A stretch of DNA of 64,000 bases from the NCBI GenBank assembly GCA_020161265.1, contig JAIUOC010000003.1, positions 299,024-363,023 of the forward strand, given 5' to 3'. A program made the translations under genes and the position numbers. Position 1 is the first letter of the stretch. Every line of letters begins with the position of its first letter. This DNA comes from Chloroflexota bacterium. Lineage in GTDB: Bacteria; Chloroflexota; Chloroflexia; Chloroflexales; Herpetosiphonaceae. Shown here one piece after another: positions 19,677 through 30,013 of this stretch. The notes under the pieces are model-generated. The model ran no database searches and was not told the DNA's origin. It saw nothing but the letters and a program-made list of their open reading frames with translations.

Positions 19677-20152
19677 TGGGAAGGATAGAAAGTTGGGGGA
19701 ATGAAAGACGATGACAAATGGCAACCCACGGGAGCGCCAATGAGTTGAATGATTGGGATGTCGAAGCCGAGGAGGCGCTCTACCTATTGTGTTGCCCACA
19801 ACCAGGGAGGCTACGCCGCCAGCTCCTGAGACCAGTGACCCCGACCCGTATTTCGGTATAGCCATCGACCGCAGTCGTCGTGGTCAACAGGGTGTGCATG
19901 ACGTGACTGATCGGCGGTATGATCTCCATGGATGTTCCTTGGATTCATCATGAGTGTTGCAATGTCATGATGCCATGGGGCGTCCGTTAATATTAAGCTT
20001 GCTGCGCATGGGGAATTTACTTTTAGTTCCTAAAAGCACGCAGATCTGCCTTTCCAGAAGGAATCACGATTATGCATTAAATCGTGATTCCTTCTTTATT
20101 ATGGAGTTCTTTCAGGCAATCAGGTTTGTGCTTTTTAAAGGGAGTTGTGAAT

Positions 20153-23100
20153 CTATCGATTTATAACATATGGAATATAGACATAATTAATTGGATCGAC
20201 TGGAATGACGTAGATTTGCGTATCGGTGAGAATCGCTGGCTGTGGAATACCCGTCCGATCACTGGCTTGGGCTGCACCTAAAGCGAAGTTTAGGCTGCCA
20301 GGGTTGGTAGCACGTAAGGTAATTGTGGCTAGTTGTCCATTGCCTGATGCTCCAACGGGGCTAGTACCGATGCTATAGGCTGCAAAATTAAGCGTTCCCC
20401 TGACCAGATCGATCTGCGGCCCGATCGGATAAAATTGACGACCACTGCTACTTGGATAGCCATCAATGGTAGCGTTGAGGATTTCGAGCTTGCTTGGGCT
20501 AAATGGTAGTGTGAACTCGAAAGAACCAAGATCATTGACATCACTAATTACTACTCCAATGGTAAATGGGACTCCAACTTGAATTGGCGCTTTGGTTGGC
20601 TGTAAACTAAATGTGGTGGGCCATGGCGTTGCAGTTGATGTCAAGGTTGGCCGTGGAGCAGAACACTGAGTTCCCCAACGCACCGCTACTCTCTGAATGT
20701 CGATAATATCGATATCGCCATCAGCATCAATATCATAAAGTGGCGCATAGAGTGGGTCGCCGAGGTGTGTATTCCAGCGGTAGGAGATTCGCTGGATGTC
20801 GATGATATCAACATCACCATCAAGATCAAAATCGCCAAGGCAGTTGGCAACCTGAATCGATCCATTGCGAGTTGCGACTGTAATTGCCTGACCATTGATA
20901 TTGCTGACCTGAACATTACTGAAGGTGAGCGGTGCTGTGCCAACCGCCCGAGGACGCAACCGGATATGGGCAAGCGAACCCTGGCCACTCGCGCCTGCTG
21001 GATTCGCCCCAAGACTAAAGCCGCCAAAGGTTATCGTCCCTGCATTTGGATTGATCGTCGGCCCAACGGGGGTAAAGTTGCGGCCAGTACTAGCAGGAAA
21101 TGCCCCCATAGTAACTTGCTCAACCGTTACAAGCGCTGGGCTATACGCTAGCGTAAACTGGAACGAGCCAAGTTGCTGAATTTGCGAGATTGCCACTGTG
21201 GCCGTAATTGCTTGCTCTAAACCTCCAGATAATGCTGGTGGCGACAGATAGACCAGTGGTTGATTACTAGGTGGCGCAAGCACAGTAATATAGTTTGGCT
21301 TAACAATTGTGTTGGAGCCACCAGGGCCATCGACGAGCAAGCGCACTGCATAGGTGCCTGGTTGGGTGTAGGTATGGATTGGATTTGGAATGCTGTCCTC
21401 GCCGCCATCACCAAAATCCCAACGTCTACTAGCGATTGTTCCACTTGATTGATCGCTGAAGCTGACGGTAAGCGGCGCGACACCAGTCAGTGGAGTTGCC
21501 CCAAAGTCTGGCGTTGGTGGCAATTGATCCGCCATCAAGGTACGTTCCTCAAGGGCAATTTCGTTAATAAATGCCCCAGTTGTGCCATTTGTGCGCACTA
21601 TGCTGACGATGATGCTCTCATCACTAACATAGGCACTCTGGGGGATATCAAGGACAGGGCGCTGAACTTGGAAATTACCAGTATTAATTGGTGACCCTAG
21701 CTCAATGCCATCAATCTGGACTTTTTGAATCCGCTCGCTTCCGTCACGCTGCCAAAAACTCGTATGCAGTTGATAGCGTCGATCACGCTTGAGTCCATCG
21801 AAGCGATAGCGCAATGTAGCATCACTTTGATCGATTCGAACACTCTGATAGGGCAGGGTTCCCCAGATACTATTGCGAACTCCATCGAGCGCACCAAAGC
21901 TTAATCCACTGCTTGGGGTGGTTCCTGGATAACCAACCTCGGTAAGTGAACCAGCATCAATATAACGATAATCGATTGGATGCAAGCTCACATAGGCAAC
22001 AACTGCACCGTCAATACCTGGCGCTTCTATGCTAACCTCAATTTTACGATCAGCGTATAATGCTGGATCAATTCGCGTTGAAAGCCGTTGAATTTGGCCA
22101 TTGGCAAGGCTTACTGGCCCAACAATAGGATTACCATCAACGTTAATCACTTCCTGTCGGCCAACACCATCGCACTCAAAGAGCGTAATATCAAGATGAT
22201 AGAACCGTCCAGGCTGAAGTTGATCAAACTGATAGCGTACCTGCCCATCGGGATCGATTCGAACAGTTTGGTGTGGTGCTGAACCACAACTACTGATCGT
22301 ATCAGGCTCTCCGATATCAATCACTCCATAGCCAAGGCTCGGCGTATAGGTTGCCTCGCTAGCTGCGCCACTATCCAGATGGATTGGGCCATTGATGCCT
22401 ACGGCAATCGGTTGCCACAACGTGTTGTTGGCTTCGTTGGATTCAGATATCTCGGCTTGGCTATCGATGCTTGCAGTTAATTGATACAAACCAAACTGGG
22501 TTGGAGTCCATGGAAGTACAAGGGTTGTGGTGCTGGCAGCAGTTAGCATGGGGATGCTTTGGCTGCTAATGATCGCACCTGTTTGGCCCGTTGCGCCTAC
22601 CATTAAGCGTAGATCATGCCTACCTGCGGTTGTTTGACCAGCATTGTGAACTTGAATTGTTACGCTGATCGGCTGGCCAATCAATGGCTCTGAATCAGAA
22701 AACTGAATCCGGCTAACCTGAAGATCGGCGCGGGTTCGAATCGGTAGGGTTGCTGTTACCACATTATTGGTCTCGTTAATCTCTGCTACCCGATCGAATG
22801 GGTCTACCACGACCCGAACCGGAATTGTTCCTTGAAAACCTTCGGTTGGGAATGGAATCGATACTAAGGCATCGCCACCTGCCGGAATATTGGCAACAAA
22901 TCGACTGCCTAGGTACCAATCGCCAAAAATTGGTGATTTGGCGTAGACACTGGTAATAAATCCGCCGGTGGCTAGATTGCTTGGGTTGCGAATGCGGGCT
23001 TGGAGCTGAGCCTGCATGCCCTCAGTTGGGTTACTAGGATTTAAACTTAGCTCATGGGCTGCCAAACCTAGCTCGGTAGCACCGCCTGGGGTTGCAACGA

Positions 23101-26100
23101 GATTGAGCATATGCAGTTGTCCACTGGTATTGAGTGAAATTCGAATGGGTACGCTGACCATCCCTTGGGCATCAGGTGTTGCCGATGCCATGAAACTTGT
23201 CAGGCCAGCAGCGAGGTTGGTGGTTGAGAGAGTGGTTGGCAAGGTTGGCGAGTTGTTATAGCTCCACTCCCAATTGCCATTATTGCCAATATCGAGATTG
23301 ATTTGCAAGAAAGCGGCGTTCGATCTGGTTATGAGCAGATCGAGAGTTGTAGTGAGATAGCGAGCTTTTGGCAAACTAACGTGGATAACCTGTTCGCCAG
23401 CGCTGCTGAATTGGATTGTTCGCCCACTTTGCACATGGTAGCGTTGACGATCACGGAATGCTGTTGGGATATAGAGATTAATTTGGTGTGGGCTACCAGC
23501 AACTTTTTCGATGCTAAATGCCAGCATGCCAAAATGAGCAGTCGCGGTTGCGCCTGCAACGAGGTTAACGTTCACTGAGCTAGCACTCGTTGCCGCATAT
23601 CCATTGGGTAGGGTTGCATTAACGGTATAGGCAGCTGCCGTAAGATTGGTAAAACTATAAGCGCCTTGGGCATCGGTAACGCTGGTTTGTCCGGTTCCGC
23701 TCAGCGCAACATTAATGCCGGCAAGGCCATTCTCCCCAGGATTTTGGATTCCATTTTGATTAAGATCATGGAATACAATTCCGCTAATGCTTGCTTGCGG
23801 AATGAGCGCAAGATTAACCGTGGTTGTCGTGTTTGATTGAACCGTTACGCTGTTGGTACACGAATTACTACAAGCGTATCCAGCTTTTGGGGTAACAGTG
23901 AGGCTATAGGTTGCTGGCGGCACGTTGTTAAAGTTATAGTCGCCATTCGCATTCGTTGTAGCCGTCCCAACTGTATTTAAATTGATGTTAATCGTTGCCA
24001 ATCCTGCTTCACCAGGATCACGCACGCCATTTGCATTATTATCACTATAGACGCTGCCCGCAAGTGTGCCATAACAACCAAGCTGGGCTTGATTAGGTGC
24101 TGGAACGATATTCTCAATCCCAGTTACTGTATTGCAATACTCAAGCCGAATTGAGCCATGGCCACCAGCACCACCAATAAATCGTCCGCTTGGGCTGCCT
24201 GGTGGCACTAGTTGTGGTGCGCCGAGTGCGTTGATCCCATTCGCCGCTACCGATATCGTATCAGCGCGAAGATACATTTGCCCACCGCCGCCAGAGCCAG
24301 CAGCCACACGCCGATTGGTGCCATCATCGGACATAGTGCCATTTGCTTGCTGCCCATTGGCCCGAATCTGGCCAGTGATTGTGAGTTGACGGGCAAAAAT
24401 AAACACCAATCCACCGCCGCGTCCAGCCTGCGAATAGCCAGCGCCAGGGTTGATGCTGGTAGCACTCCCACCGCCACCGCCACCAAAATAGAGTCGTGTG
24501 CCATCGGTTGTACAGTGACCAATGCCACCGCGACCCCATGTACTGCCGCCAATATGTTCACCATCGCCTCCGGCTGCACAACCAGCGCCACCGCCGCCAC
24601 CACCAATCGCATCGGCAGCACCACCGCCTTGGGCCGATGGCGTGATGTTGGGGGTTTGGCAATAATGCGTGCTATTATTCGACGTGCAGATAATCCCTTC
24701 ACCCTGCCACTGATCAGTTTGATAACCATTGCCACTATCTCCACCACGAAAGCCGCTGGCATCGCCATTGATCAGCCCGCCGATTGTGGCATTATTTTGA
24801 CACATAAAGGCGATAATCCCACCAACGTGACCATTCCAAGCCAGCAAGGGTGTGATTGTGCCGCTGACTGGGCAATCGCTGTATTGTGGCACGCGCATAA
24901 TTTGGGCTTGGGCACGGTAGTCAATCGAGCTATAACTATGGCGCAAGGGTTGAGCTAAAGCAAAGGTTCCACTCCCAGTAACATCGCCAACTGCGGTATT
25001 GAGTTCCCACAAACCAGCAATTGAAGGGTCACCGCGAGTCTGATGAATCAATACTCGATCGCCGGGATTAATGCGCGAAACTGCATGCTGATCGACAATC
25101 GTAATCGCGGTTGAGCCAGCATTGCCACTGGCTATCCCAATACCAACGCCATTACTGGTATCAAGATTGCCATTTGCTGGCATGATGCCATCGCGACCAT
25201 CACCATAGCGATCGGTTAGATTCGTGGGCTGAGGTGTTGCCAGCGCAAGGCGAGCCTGCCGGAGGTTAACAACAATTCCCTGTAATAGCCCACGGCCAAT
25301 CCCAAGCAGGGTTTGTTGGCTTTGATCATAGAGACGGAGTGGTGTGACATGCAGTGCATCGCTAACAATTGTATCAACATAGGAAATGAGCTCACGTTGA
25401 GATCGCGAACCAGTTACCACAACATACTCATCCCAAGGCCGATATGGGCTGATCGGGAGCGCTTGGGCTGGCGTGGTTGGAGCTACGATGACACCCTGAA
25501 CTTGCAGGTTGTGGCTCGGACGTTGAGGATCACTAGTCCGTAGTTGAATGGTGCGACTGAACGGCCCAACCGGGATATAATAGGTGTCCAGAAGTACCTC
25601 AAGTATGCCCATATCACCAGCCGCAATCGTTGTGGTGGGCCGTGATTGGCTTGTAACCGGTATTCCTGAGACTTCCACATGGGCTTGGAATTGCCCAATG
25701 GTATCGGTATTACAGCCGAGACAGTTGTTGGTTGCTAAATACAGTCGCCCACTTGTGGAGCTGGCTGCGCGATAGCTGGTTCCTGCCATAAATGGCGTAT
25801 TATTGCCAACTCGGGCAATCAGGCTGAATTGACTTGCTCCAGGGGCTGTCCATCCGCTAGCTGCGTCTACTCCGTTGCCATCAGGCCCAAAGCAATTTGT
25901 ACTACTGTCATAACAGATATTGCCAGTTGCCTGAATACCAATTGCATCCCCATGACGAACCTCAAGGCCTGTATCCATCCAGCTAATTTCACCAGAAATT
26001 GCCAGATCACGTCGCCCTCCAGCGCCTAAAAGGGTGGTGCGCAAGCCAGCACGGCCCTCGTTGGGCAAGCCAAAGTTATGGCGAAGTTGACTGCCTTGGG

Positions 26101-29100
26101 TTGCCGTCCCAAAATTCCAAACCGATTCAGCGGTATTGATTGCAAATATTGGCTGCGGGTCGGCTTGGAAGGTATCGAGCATTCGCGCTGAGTTTCCAAG
26201 GATATTGCCCTGATGATCGGTTAGAAAGGCAATAACACCATAACGATGGTTGGGATTAAATGCTGGATTGAAGTCGGCAGCTTGCCACGTGATATTAACC
26301 AAATTTGGCCCTGGTTGGAGATTGACTGAACGAGCCTCTTCGCGAACGACTCCACCTTGACCATTCAGATCAATGAATTCAAGATACAGTCGTGCATTAA
26401 TAAAGCTCTCTACTGCCGGAATTTGGGCCAACAAAGTGGTAGTTTGTTGTAAGGCTGGCGTAAATGGTGCGGTTGCGATGATCTCAACACCCGCACTATC
26501 ATGCAGCATTTGGCCGCTGTAGGGTGCAAGGTTTGCTTGAGGATGACTTAACTCAGACGTGGTAACCAAGCGATGATGACCTTGTGGATCGTTGTAGGCG
26601 AGAATTACTAAGGGTTTTGTATATGGCTCACGGTTGATTCGATAGCTAAAGGCATCATTGGGCGGAGTTGCTACAATCTTAAAGGTTTGGTTATGTTGAA
26701 CTGTGCCGCTCATCAGCGCCAGTTCAAGCCCTTGGCCCCCGACACCTAGGCGTTGGGGTGATGCATAGCCTGCACCAAAGTTGAGGCTGCCAGTATTGCC
26801 TATGCCATCATTCCAGTGTAATGCCCATGTTCCGCTGCCAACGTCGCAGCCTAAGGGAGCCGAACATTGAACGGTAAAGAGATATTCACGTTCGTTTGCA
26901 CCAACATAATAGCCAGCAGTTGTGGGAAGCGCCGTACCCGACCATGAACTGGAGAGGCTAGGTTGATGGATCGTACTGCCAACCACGACTTGATGGAATG
27001 CGCGAACGCGGCCTGTACCACCAACAGTATTATTTTGGATCGTCACCGAATCATTTGGCGCAACCATAATCGCCTGAACACTATAGGCATCGTATAGCCC
27101 AGTGTTGAGCAGCGATAGCGTACTTGTAACAACATTGCCAACCCGCGTCGAATGGGTTGCCGCAAGCAGTTCAGGCTTTGGAAATGAGCTAGCATTGTGC
27201 GGATCAGTTTGGAGCCGAAGCTCATCACTATCACTATAGCCATCAAGATCACTATCTTGATTAAAGCGAAATAATGCCCCAGCAGCTGGTGCGGCTGCCA
27301 TATCTTGAAAACCCAAATCGCCATTGCCAAGCCCGCCAGAGTAAATATTCCACCACTCGGCAGCTGAAAGTGCATGTTGACACCACAGGATTGCTCCAAC
27401 TCGACGTGGTAAACGACACCAACTAGGGCTATCAGTGCGCCGTTCAGGAGTCCAAACCGCTATTAATTGACCATTCGCATCGGTTGTTGTGGGAAAGTAG
27501 CGAGCTAATACATCAAAGGCTGTTTCATCACCCCAGGTTGGAATCAAGAAATCCTCGATTAGCTCATCGTTATCGGCAGTTCCATCTTCAATTGCAATCG
27601 TCATGCTTGCATTGAGTGCATCCGCATAAAACAACTCATCAATGCCATAAGTATAGTCTTCGGCCACGATTCGAATTGGCGAACCAAGATCGATCGCACG
27701 TAATTGGTCGAGGGTTAGTGCAATTCGACGAGACGTGTATTGATGCGACTCACCTGGCATGAAGTTGTGAAACTTGCCATCGCCGCCGAGATCTGGCCCA
27801 ACAAAATAGGTTGTTGCTGGAATCGGACTGTCACCGATATATACGTTGAAAGCGAGATTGCCAATTTCGCGGGCATATTCGCTGCCATTATTGCTCACGC
27901 GATAGCTAAACCAGAGTTCAGCGGCATGAGCCGAATTGACCGCAACAGCATTGCTCCACGATTCACCCGACGAAAATGCTTGACCATTCGTAACGGTATG
28001 TTCTTTATATTGAGTATGGGTGGTTGTTTGCGCACCACCGCGTGATTGCCCTTTGGCGCTCGTCGTTGTTTGGGTGGGAACCTGCTGTGGGTAACTGAAT
28101 TGATAATATTGCTCGACAACGGCGCGAGCATCACTCGTGGCTCCACTATGCAGGTGGTTACCAACACTTCGGCCTTGGCTTATTTGTGATGTGCGTTGAC
28201 TATTGACGGTTTGTTGGGAGCTGGCAGGGGTTCCAACTTTGCTGCTACAGCCAGGCACACATTGATTCGCCTGCTGCTTGAGTTGTTTAATCTCAGTTTG
28301 AAGTTGGCGTAAGGTTTGAGCCGATTGTTGGGCTTCATTACGATTGACAACATAGTCGCCATAGGCAGTTGCAAACCCAATTGTGCCTACAGCAATAGCC
28401 GACGCAAGGGTAATCCCAGCACAAAGTGGTGCTGTTGCCAAACAAAGCCCTGCCGCAGTTACACTGATTGCCCCACTCGTAATTGCTAGCCCAATCTTTT
28501 GGCGATCCCAGGCTTCGGTGGTGGGAGCCCGGGGCAATATACCGAATGTTGGTGGCAAATAACGGCCAGCAAGCGGAATGGTCGTTGCAATCGATTGCTC
28601 CTCCCAGGCGTTCCAGTTTACTTCATTGGCAATGCTCGAACTCGTGCCTTCGGTACTTGCCGTGCTATAAAGCCGCTCGGTTCCCGTAATAATGGTGTGA
28701 TCAGTGCGAATTTCGGTGACGGTTTGCACTCGCAGCGAGTTTGGTACTAAATCAATCGCTGGGACTGGGAAGGCTGCCATTAATGGGTGATTGGCTGGAG
28801 TTTTAACCCATGCAGGCATTTCGGCAAAGATAATGCCCCAATCCTCGTTGCGAGGTAATGCGCCATAGCCACAAAATCCACCACTGCCAGGGCAATAGGT
28901 GCTGCCAAAAAGCTCTTGTCCATCATCAAATTTATCGCGGTCGGTTGATTCGCGATTCATGTTCAGCCCCAAATCCCAACGCTCAGCGAGATCGGGGATG
29001 GAATCTAAATCGTCGTCACGACAGTTTGCAAGCTGGCTAGGCCAGCCAGCGAATGGTTTACCATTTGCTGGTGGGCTGCTTCGTTCGTGGCGCATCCAGC

Positions 29101-29701
29101 TACGGGCGGCCTGAACTTCGCTACCATCATGTTCACCATCGCCATCGGTATCGGGCATAAGTGGATTGGTACACCACCATTGCTCTTGGGTATTTGTCAA
29201 GCCATCATTATCATCATCAATACTCGAGCCACTAGCGATGGCAGCTGTTTGTTCAGGCCGCAGTTGTTGCATTTGGGTATACAGCAACGAACGATTGGCT
29301 TTTGAAGGTGTTTTGGCAACTACCTTGGCGGCCTCAAAGAGCGGTTCAAGGGTTGCTACGAGTGTAGGTGGGCTAGCGGTGTGTTTGAGTAGTTCAGAGA
29401 GCCCATTGGTTTCAGTTGGGCCAAAACCCAGTCGCGCAAGTTTATCGAGCATGAGTTCATCAACTAATACAAGCAGCCGATCTGCTTCTTCATGTAAGAT
29501 GCGTAGATCAAACTGTTGTAAACGCTGTTTTGTATAATCAGTTGGCTGATAGAGCACTGTTCGATAGAGAATACTGCCATCATTTGGTATTGTGGATGGC
29601 ACAGGCTGTAGACCATAGACATCAGCAGTTGGCCAATAGGTTGAGAGCAGGCTGCATAGCAATAGTAGTGCGAGTAGGCGGCGATTAAGGCGGTTTCGCA
29701 T
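20153..29701 (-). CDS. Giant (3182 aa) secreted multidomain surface protein (PKD, Cna-B/SdrD-like, CARDB-like, Gly-rich and dockerin-like modules)
   Basis: Signal peptide 'MRNRLNRRLLALLLLCSLL'. PKD-like 'WDFGDGG..S..NP.HTY..PGTY'. SdrD/Cna-B-like 'GSVYSDNNANGVRDPGEAGLA' repeats. CARDB-like 'DLQVSRIQFSD'. Gly-rich block. C-terminal paired 'DLDGDVDIIDIQRISYRW / DIDADGDIDIIDIQRVAVRW' dockerin-like repeats. Confidence 0.8.
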   Translation of the reverse strand: MRNRLNRRLLALLLLCSLLSTYWPTADVYGLQPVPSTIPNDGSILYRTVLYQPTDYTKQRLQQFDLRILHEEADRLLVLVDELMLDKLARLGFGPTETNGLSELLKHTASPPTLVATLEPLFEAAKVVAKTPSKANRSLLYTQMQQLRPEQTAAIASGSSIDDDNDGLTNTQEQWWCTNPLMPDTDGDGEHDGSEVQAARSWMRHERSSPPANGKPFAGWPSQLANCRDDDLDSIPDLAERWDLGLNMNRESTDRDKFDDGQELFGSTYCPGSGGFCGYGALPRNEDWGIIFAEMPAWVKTPANHPLMAAFPVPAIDLVPNSLRVQTVTEIRTDHTIITGTERLYSTASTEGTSSSIANEVNWNAWEEQSIATTIPLAGRYLPPTFGILPRAPTTEAWDRQKIGLAITSGAISVTAAGLCLATAPLCAGITLASAIAVGTIGFATAYGDYVVNRNEAQQSAQTLRQLQTEIKQLKQQANQCVPGCSSKVGTPASSQQTVNSQRTSQISQGRSVGNHLHSGATSDARAVVEQYYQFSYPQQVPTQTTTSAKGQSRGGAQTTTHTQYKEHTVTNGQAFSSGESWSNAVAVNSAHAAELWFSYRVSNNGSEYAREIGNLAFNVYIGDSPIPATTYFVGPDLGGDGKFHNFMPGESHQYTSRRIALTLDQLRAIDLGSPIRIVAEDYTYGIDELFYADALNASMTIAIEDGTADNDELIEDFLIPTWGDETAFDVLARYFPTTTDANGQLIAVWTPERRTDSPSWCRLPRRVGAILWCQHALSAAEWWNIYSGGLGNGDLGFQDMAAAPAAGALFRFNQDSDLDGYSDSDELRLQTDPHNASSFPKPELLAATHSTRVGNVVTSTLSLLNTGLYDAYSVQAIMVAPNDSVTIQNNTVGGTGRVRAFHQVVVGSTIHQPSLSSSWSGTALPTTAGYYVGANEREYLFTVQCSAPLGCDVGSGTWALHWNDGIGNTGSLNFGAGYASPQRLGVGGQGLELALMSGTVQHNQTFKIVATPPNDAFSYRINREPYTKPLVILAYNDPQGHHRLVTTSELSHPQANLAPYSGQMLHDSAGVEIIATAPFTPALQQTTTLLAQIPAVESFINARLYLEFIDLNGQGGVVREEARSVNLQPGPNLVNITWQAADFNPAFNPNHRYGVIAFLTDHQGNILGNSARMLDTFQADPQPIFAINTAESVWNFGTATQGSQLRHNFGLPNEGRAGLRTTLLGAGGRRDLAISGEISWMDTGLEVRHGDAIGIQATGNICYDSSTNCFGPDGNGVDAASGWTAPGASQFSLIARVGNNTPFMAGTSYRAASSTSGRLYLATNNCLGCNTDTIGQFQAHVEVSGIPVTSQSRPTTTIAAGDMGILEVLLDTYYIPVGPFSRTIQLRTSDPQRPSHNLQVQGVIVAPTTPAQALPISPYRPWDEYVVVTGSRSQRELISYVDTIVSDALHVTPLRLYDQSQQTLLGIGRGLLQGIVVNLRQARLALATPQPTNLTDRYGDGRDGIMPANGNLDTSNGVGIGIASGNAGSTAITIVDQHAVSRINPGDRVLIHQTRGDPSIAGLWELNTAVGDVTGSGTFALAQPLRHSYSSIDYRAQAQIMRVPQYSDCPVSGTITPLLAWNGHVGGIIAFMCQNNATIGGLINGDASGFRGGDSGNGYQTDQWQGEGIICTSNNSTHYCQTPNITPSAQGGGAADAIGGGGGGAGCAAGGDGEHIGGSTWGRGGIGHCTTDGTRLYFGGGGGGSATSINPGAGYSQAGRGGGLVFIFARQLTITGQIRANGQQANGTMSDDGTNRRVAAGSGGGGQMYLRADTISVAANGINALGAPQLVPPGSPSGRFIGGAGGHGSIRLEYCNTVTGIENIVPAPNQAQLGCYGTLAGSVYSDNNANGVRDPGEAGLATININLNTVGTATTNANGDYNFNNVPPATYSLTVTPKAGYACSNSCTNSVTVQSNTTTTVNLALIPQASISGIVFHDLNQNGIQNPGENGLAGINVALSGTGQTSVTDAQGAYSFTNLTAAAYTVNATLPNGYAATSASSVNVNLVAGATATAHFGMLAFSIEKVAGSPHQINLYIPTAFRDRQRYHVQSGRTIQFSSAGEQVIHVSLPKARYLTTTLDLLITRSNAAFLQINLDIGNNGNWEWSYNNSPTLPTTLSTTNLAAGLTSFMASATPDAQGMVSVPIRISLNTSGQLHMLNLVATPGGATELGLAAHELSLNPSNPTEGMQAQLQARIRNPSNLATGGFITSVYAKSPIFGDWYLGSRFVANIPAGGDALVSIPFPTEGFQGTIPVRVVVDPFDRVAEINETNNVVTATLPIRTRADLQVSRIQFSDSEPLIGQPISVTIQVHNAGQTTAGRHDLRLMVGATGQTGAIISSQSIPMLTAASTTTLVLPWTPTQFGLYQLTASIDSQAEISESNEANNTLWQPIAVGINGPIHLDSGAASEATYTPSLGYGVIDIGEPDTISSCGSAPHQTVRIDPDGQVRYQFDQLQPGRFYHLDITLFECDGVGRQEVINVDGNPIVGPVSLANGQIQRLSTRIDPALYADRKIEVSIEAPGIDGAVVAYVSLHPIDYRYIDAGSLTEVGYPGTTPSSGLSFGALDGVRNSIWGTLPYQSVRIDQSDATLRYRFDGLKRDRRYQLHTSFWQRDGSERIQKVQIDGIELGSPINTGNFQVQRPVLDIPQSAYVSDESIIVSIVRTNGTTGAFINEIALEERTLMADQLPPTPDFGATPLTGVAPLTVSFSDQSSGTIASRRWDFGDGGEDSIPNPIHTYTQPGTYAVRLLVDGPGGSNTIVKPNYITVLAPPSNQPLVYLSPPALSGGLEQAITATVAISQIQQLGSFQFTLAYSPALVTVEQVTMGAFPASTGRNFTPVGPTINPNAGTITFGGFSLGANPAGASGQGSLAHIRLRPRAVGTAPLTFSNVQVSNINGQAITVATRNGSIQVANCLGDFDLDGDVDIIDIQRISYRWNTHLGDPLYAPLYDIDADGDIDIIDIQRVAVRWGTQCSAPRPTLTSTATPWPTTFSLQPTKAPIQVGVPFTIGVVISDVNDLGSFEFTLPFSPSKLEILNATIDGYPSSSGRQFYPIGPQIDLVRGTLNFAAYSIGTSPVGASGNGQLATITLRATNPGSLNFALGAAQASDRTGIPQPAILTDTQIYVIPVDPINYVYIPYVINR

Positions 29702-29969
29702 TTCAATCCTCCTAGCGAGAAAGCACCAACACCGTTACAACTAGTAGCGAATCCGTTAACCTGTTGAGCAATCGTAACCTCCTCGATATACGTCATTAAT
29801 CCTAAACTACCTACTCCAGATATCACCCAATCATGGCTACAAACCCCCGCAGTTGTTAGGAGTGATCGACCTCAAGGTGTCCAGTCTAGAGGCGTAGTAT
29901 CCATTGCGAATGCAGCGGAAGGTTTGTTATGATGCTGATGGTAGCGAATAGTTGGGCGAAGTGAAAGCA

Positions 29970-30008
29970 AAAAAGCAGTCATAAAAAGCAGTCATAAAAA
30001 GCAGTCAT
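29970..30008 (+). repeat. 3 perfect tandem copies of the 13-mer aaaaagcagtcat abutting the ATG cluster of the STAND regulator gene
   Basis: Direct reading gives 29970-29982, 29983-29995 and 29996-30008, all identical. Confidence 0.6.
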
Positions 30009-30013
30009 ATGCA

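Noticed and set aside
15513-19700. Tried to delimit the tRNA-adjacent islet by a direct repeat of the tRNA-Asn 3' end (att site) and to find an integrase
   Set aside because: No convincing repeat of ggttcgagtcctagtcaggg and no integrase or recombinase ORF was found. The island call is therefore kept tentative.
24212-24958. 248-aa ORF and several 60-170-aa ORFs antisense to the 3182-aa gene (and similar ones inside nuoL/nuoM, the FG-GAP gene and the U32 gene)
   Set aside because: They are entirely embedded opposite long, well-supported CDSs. They are low-complexity and Ala/Thr/Pro-rich, as expected from the reverse frame of GC-rich codons. I judge them spurious.
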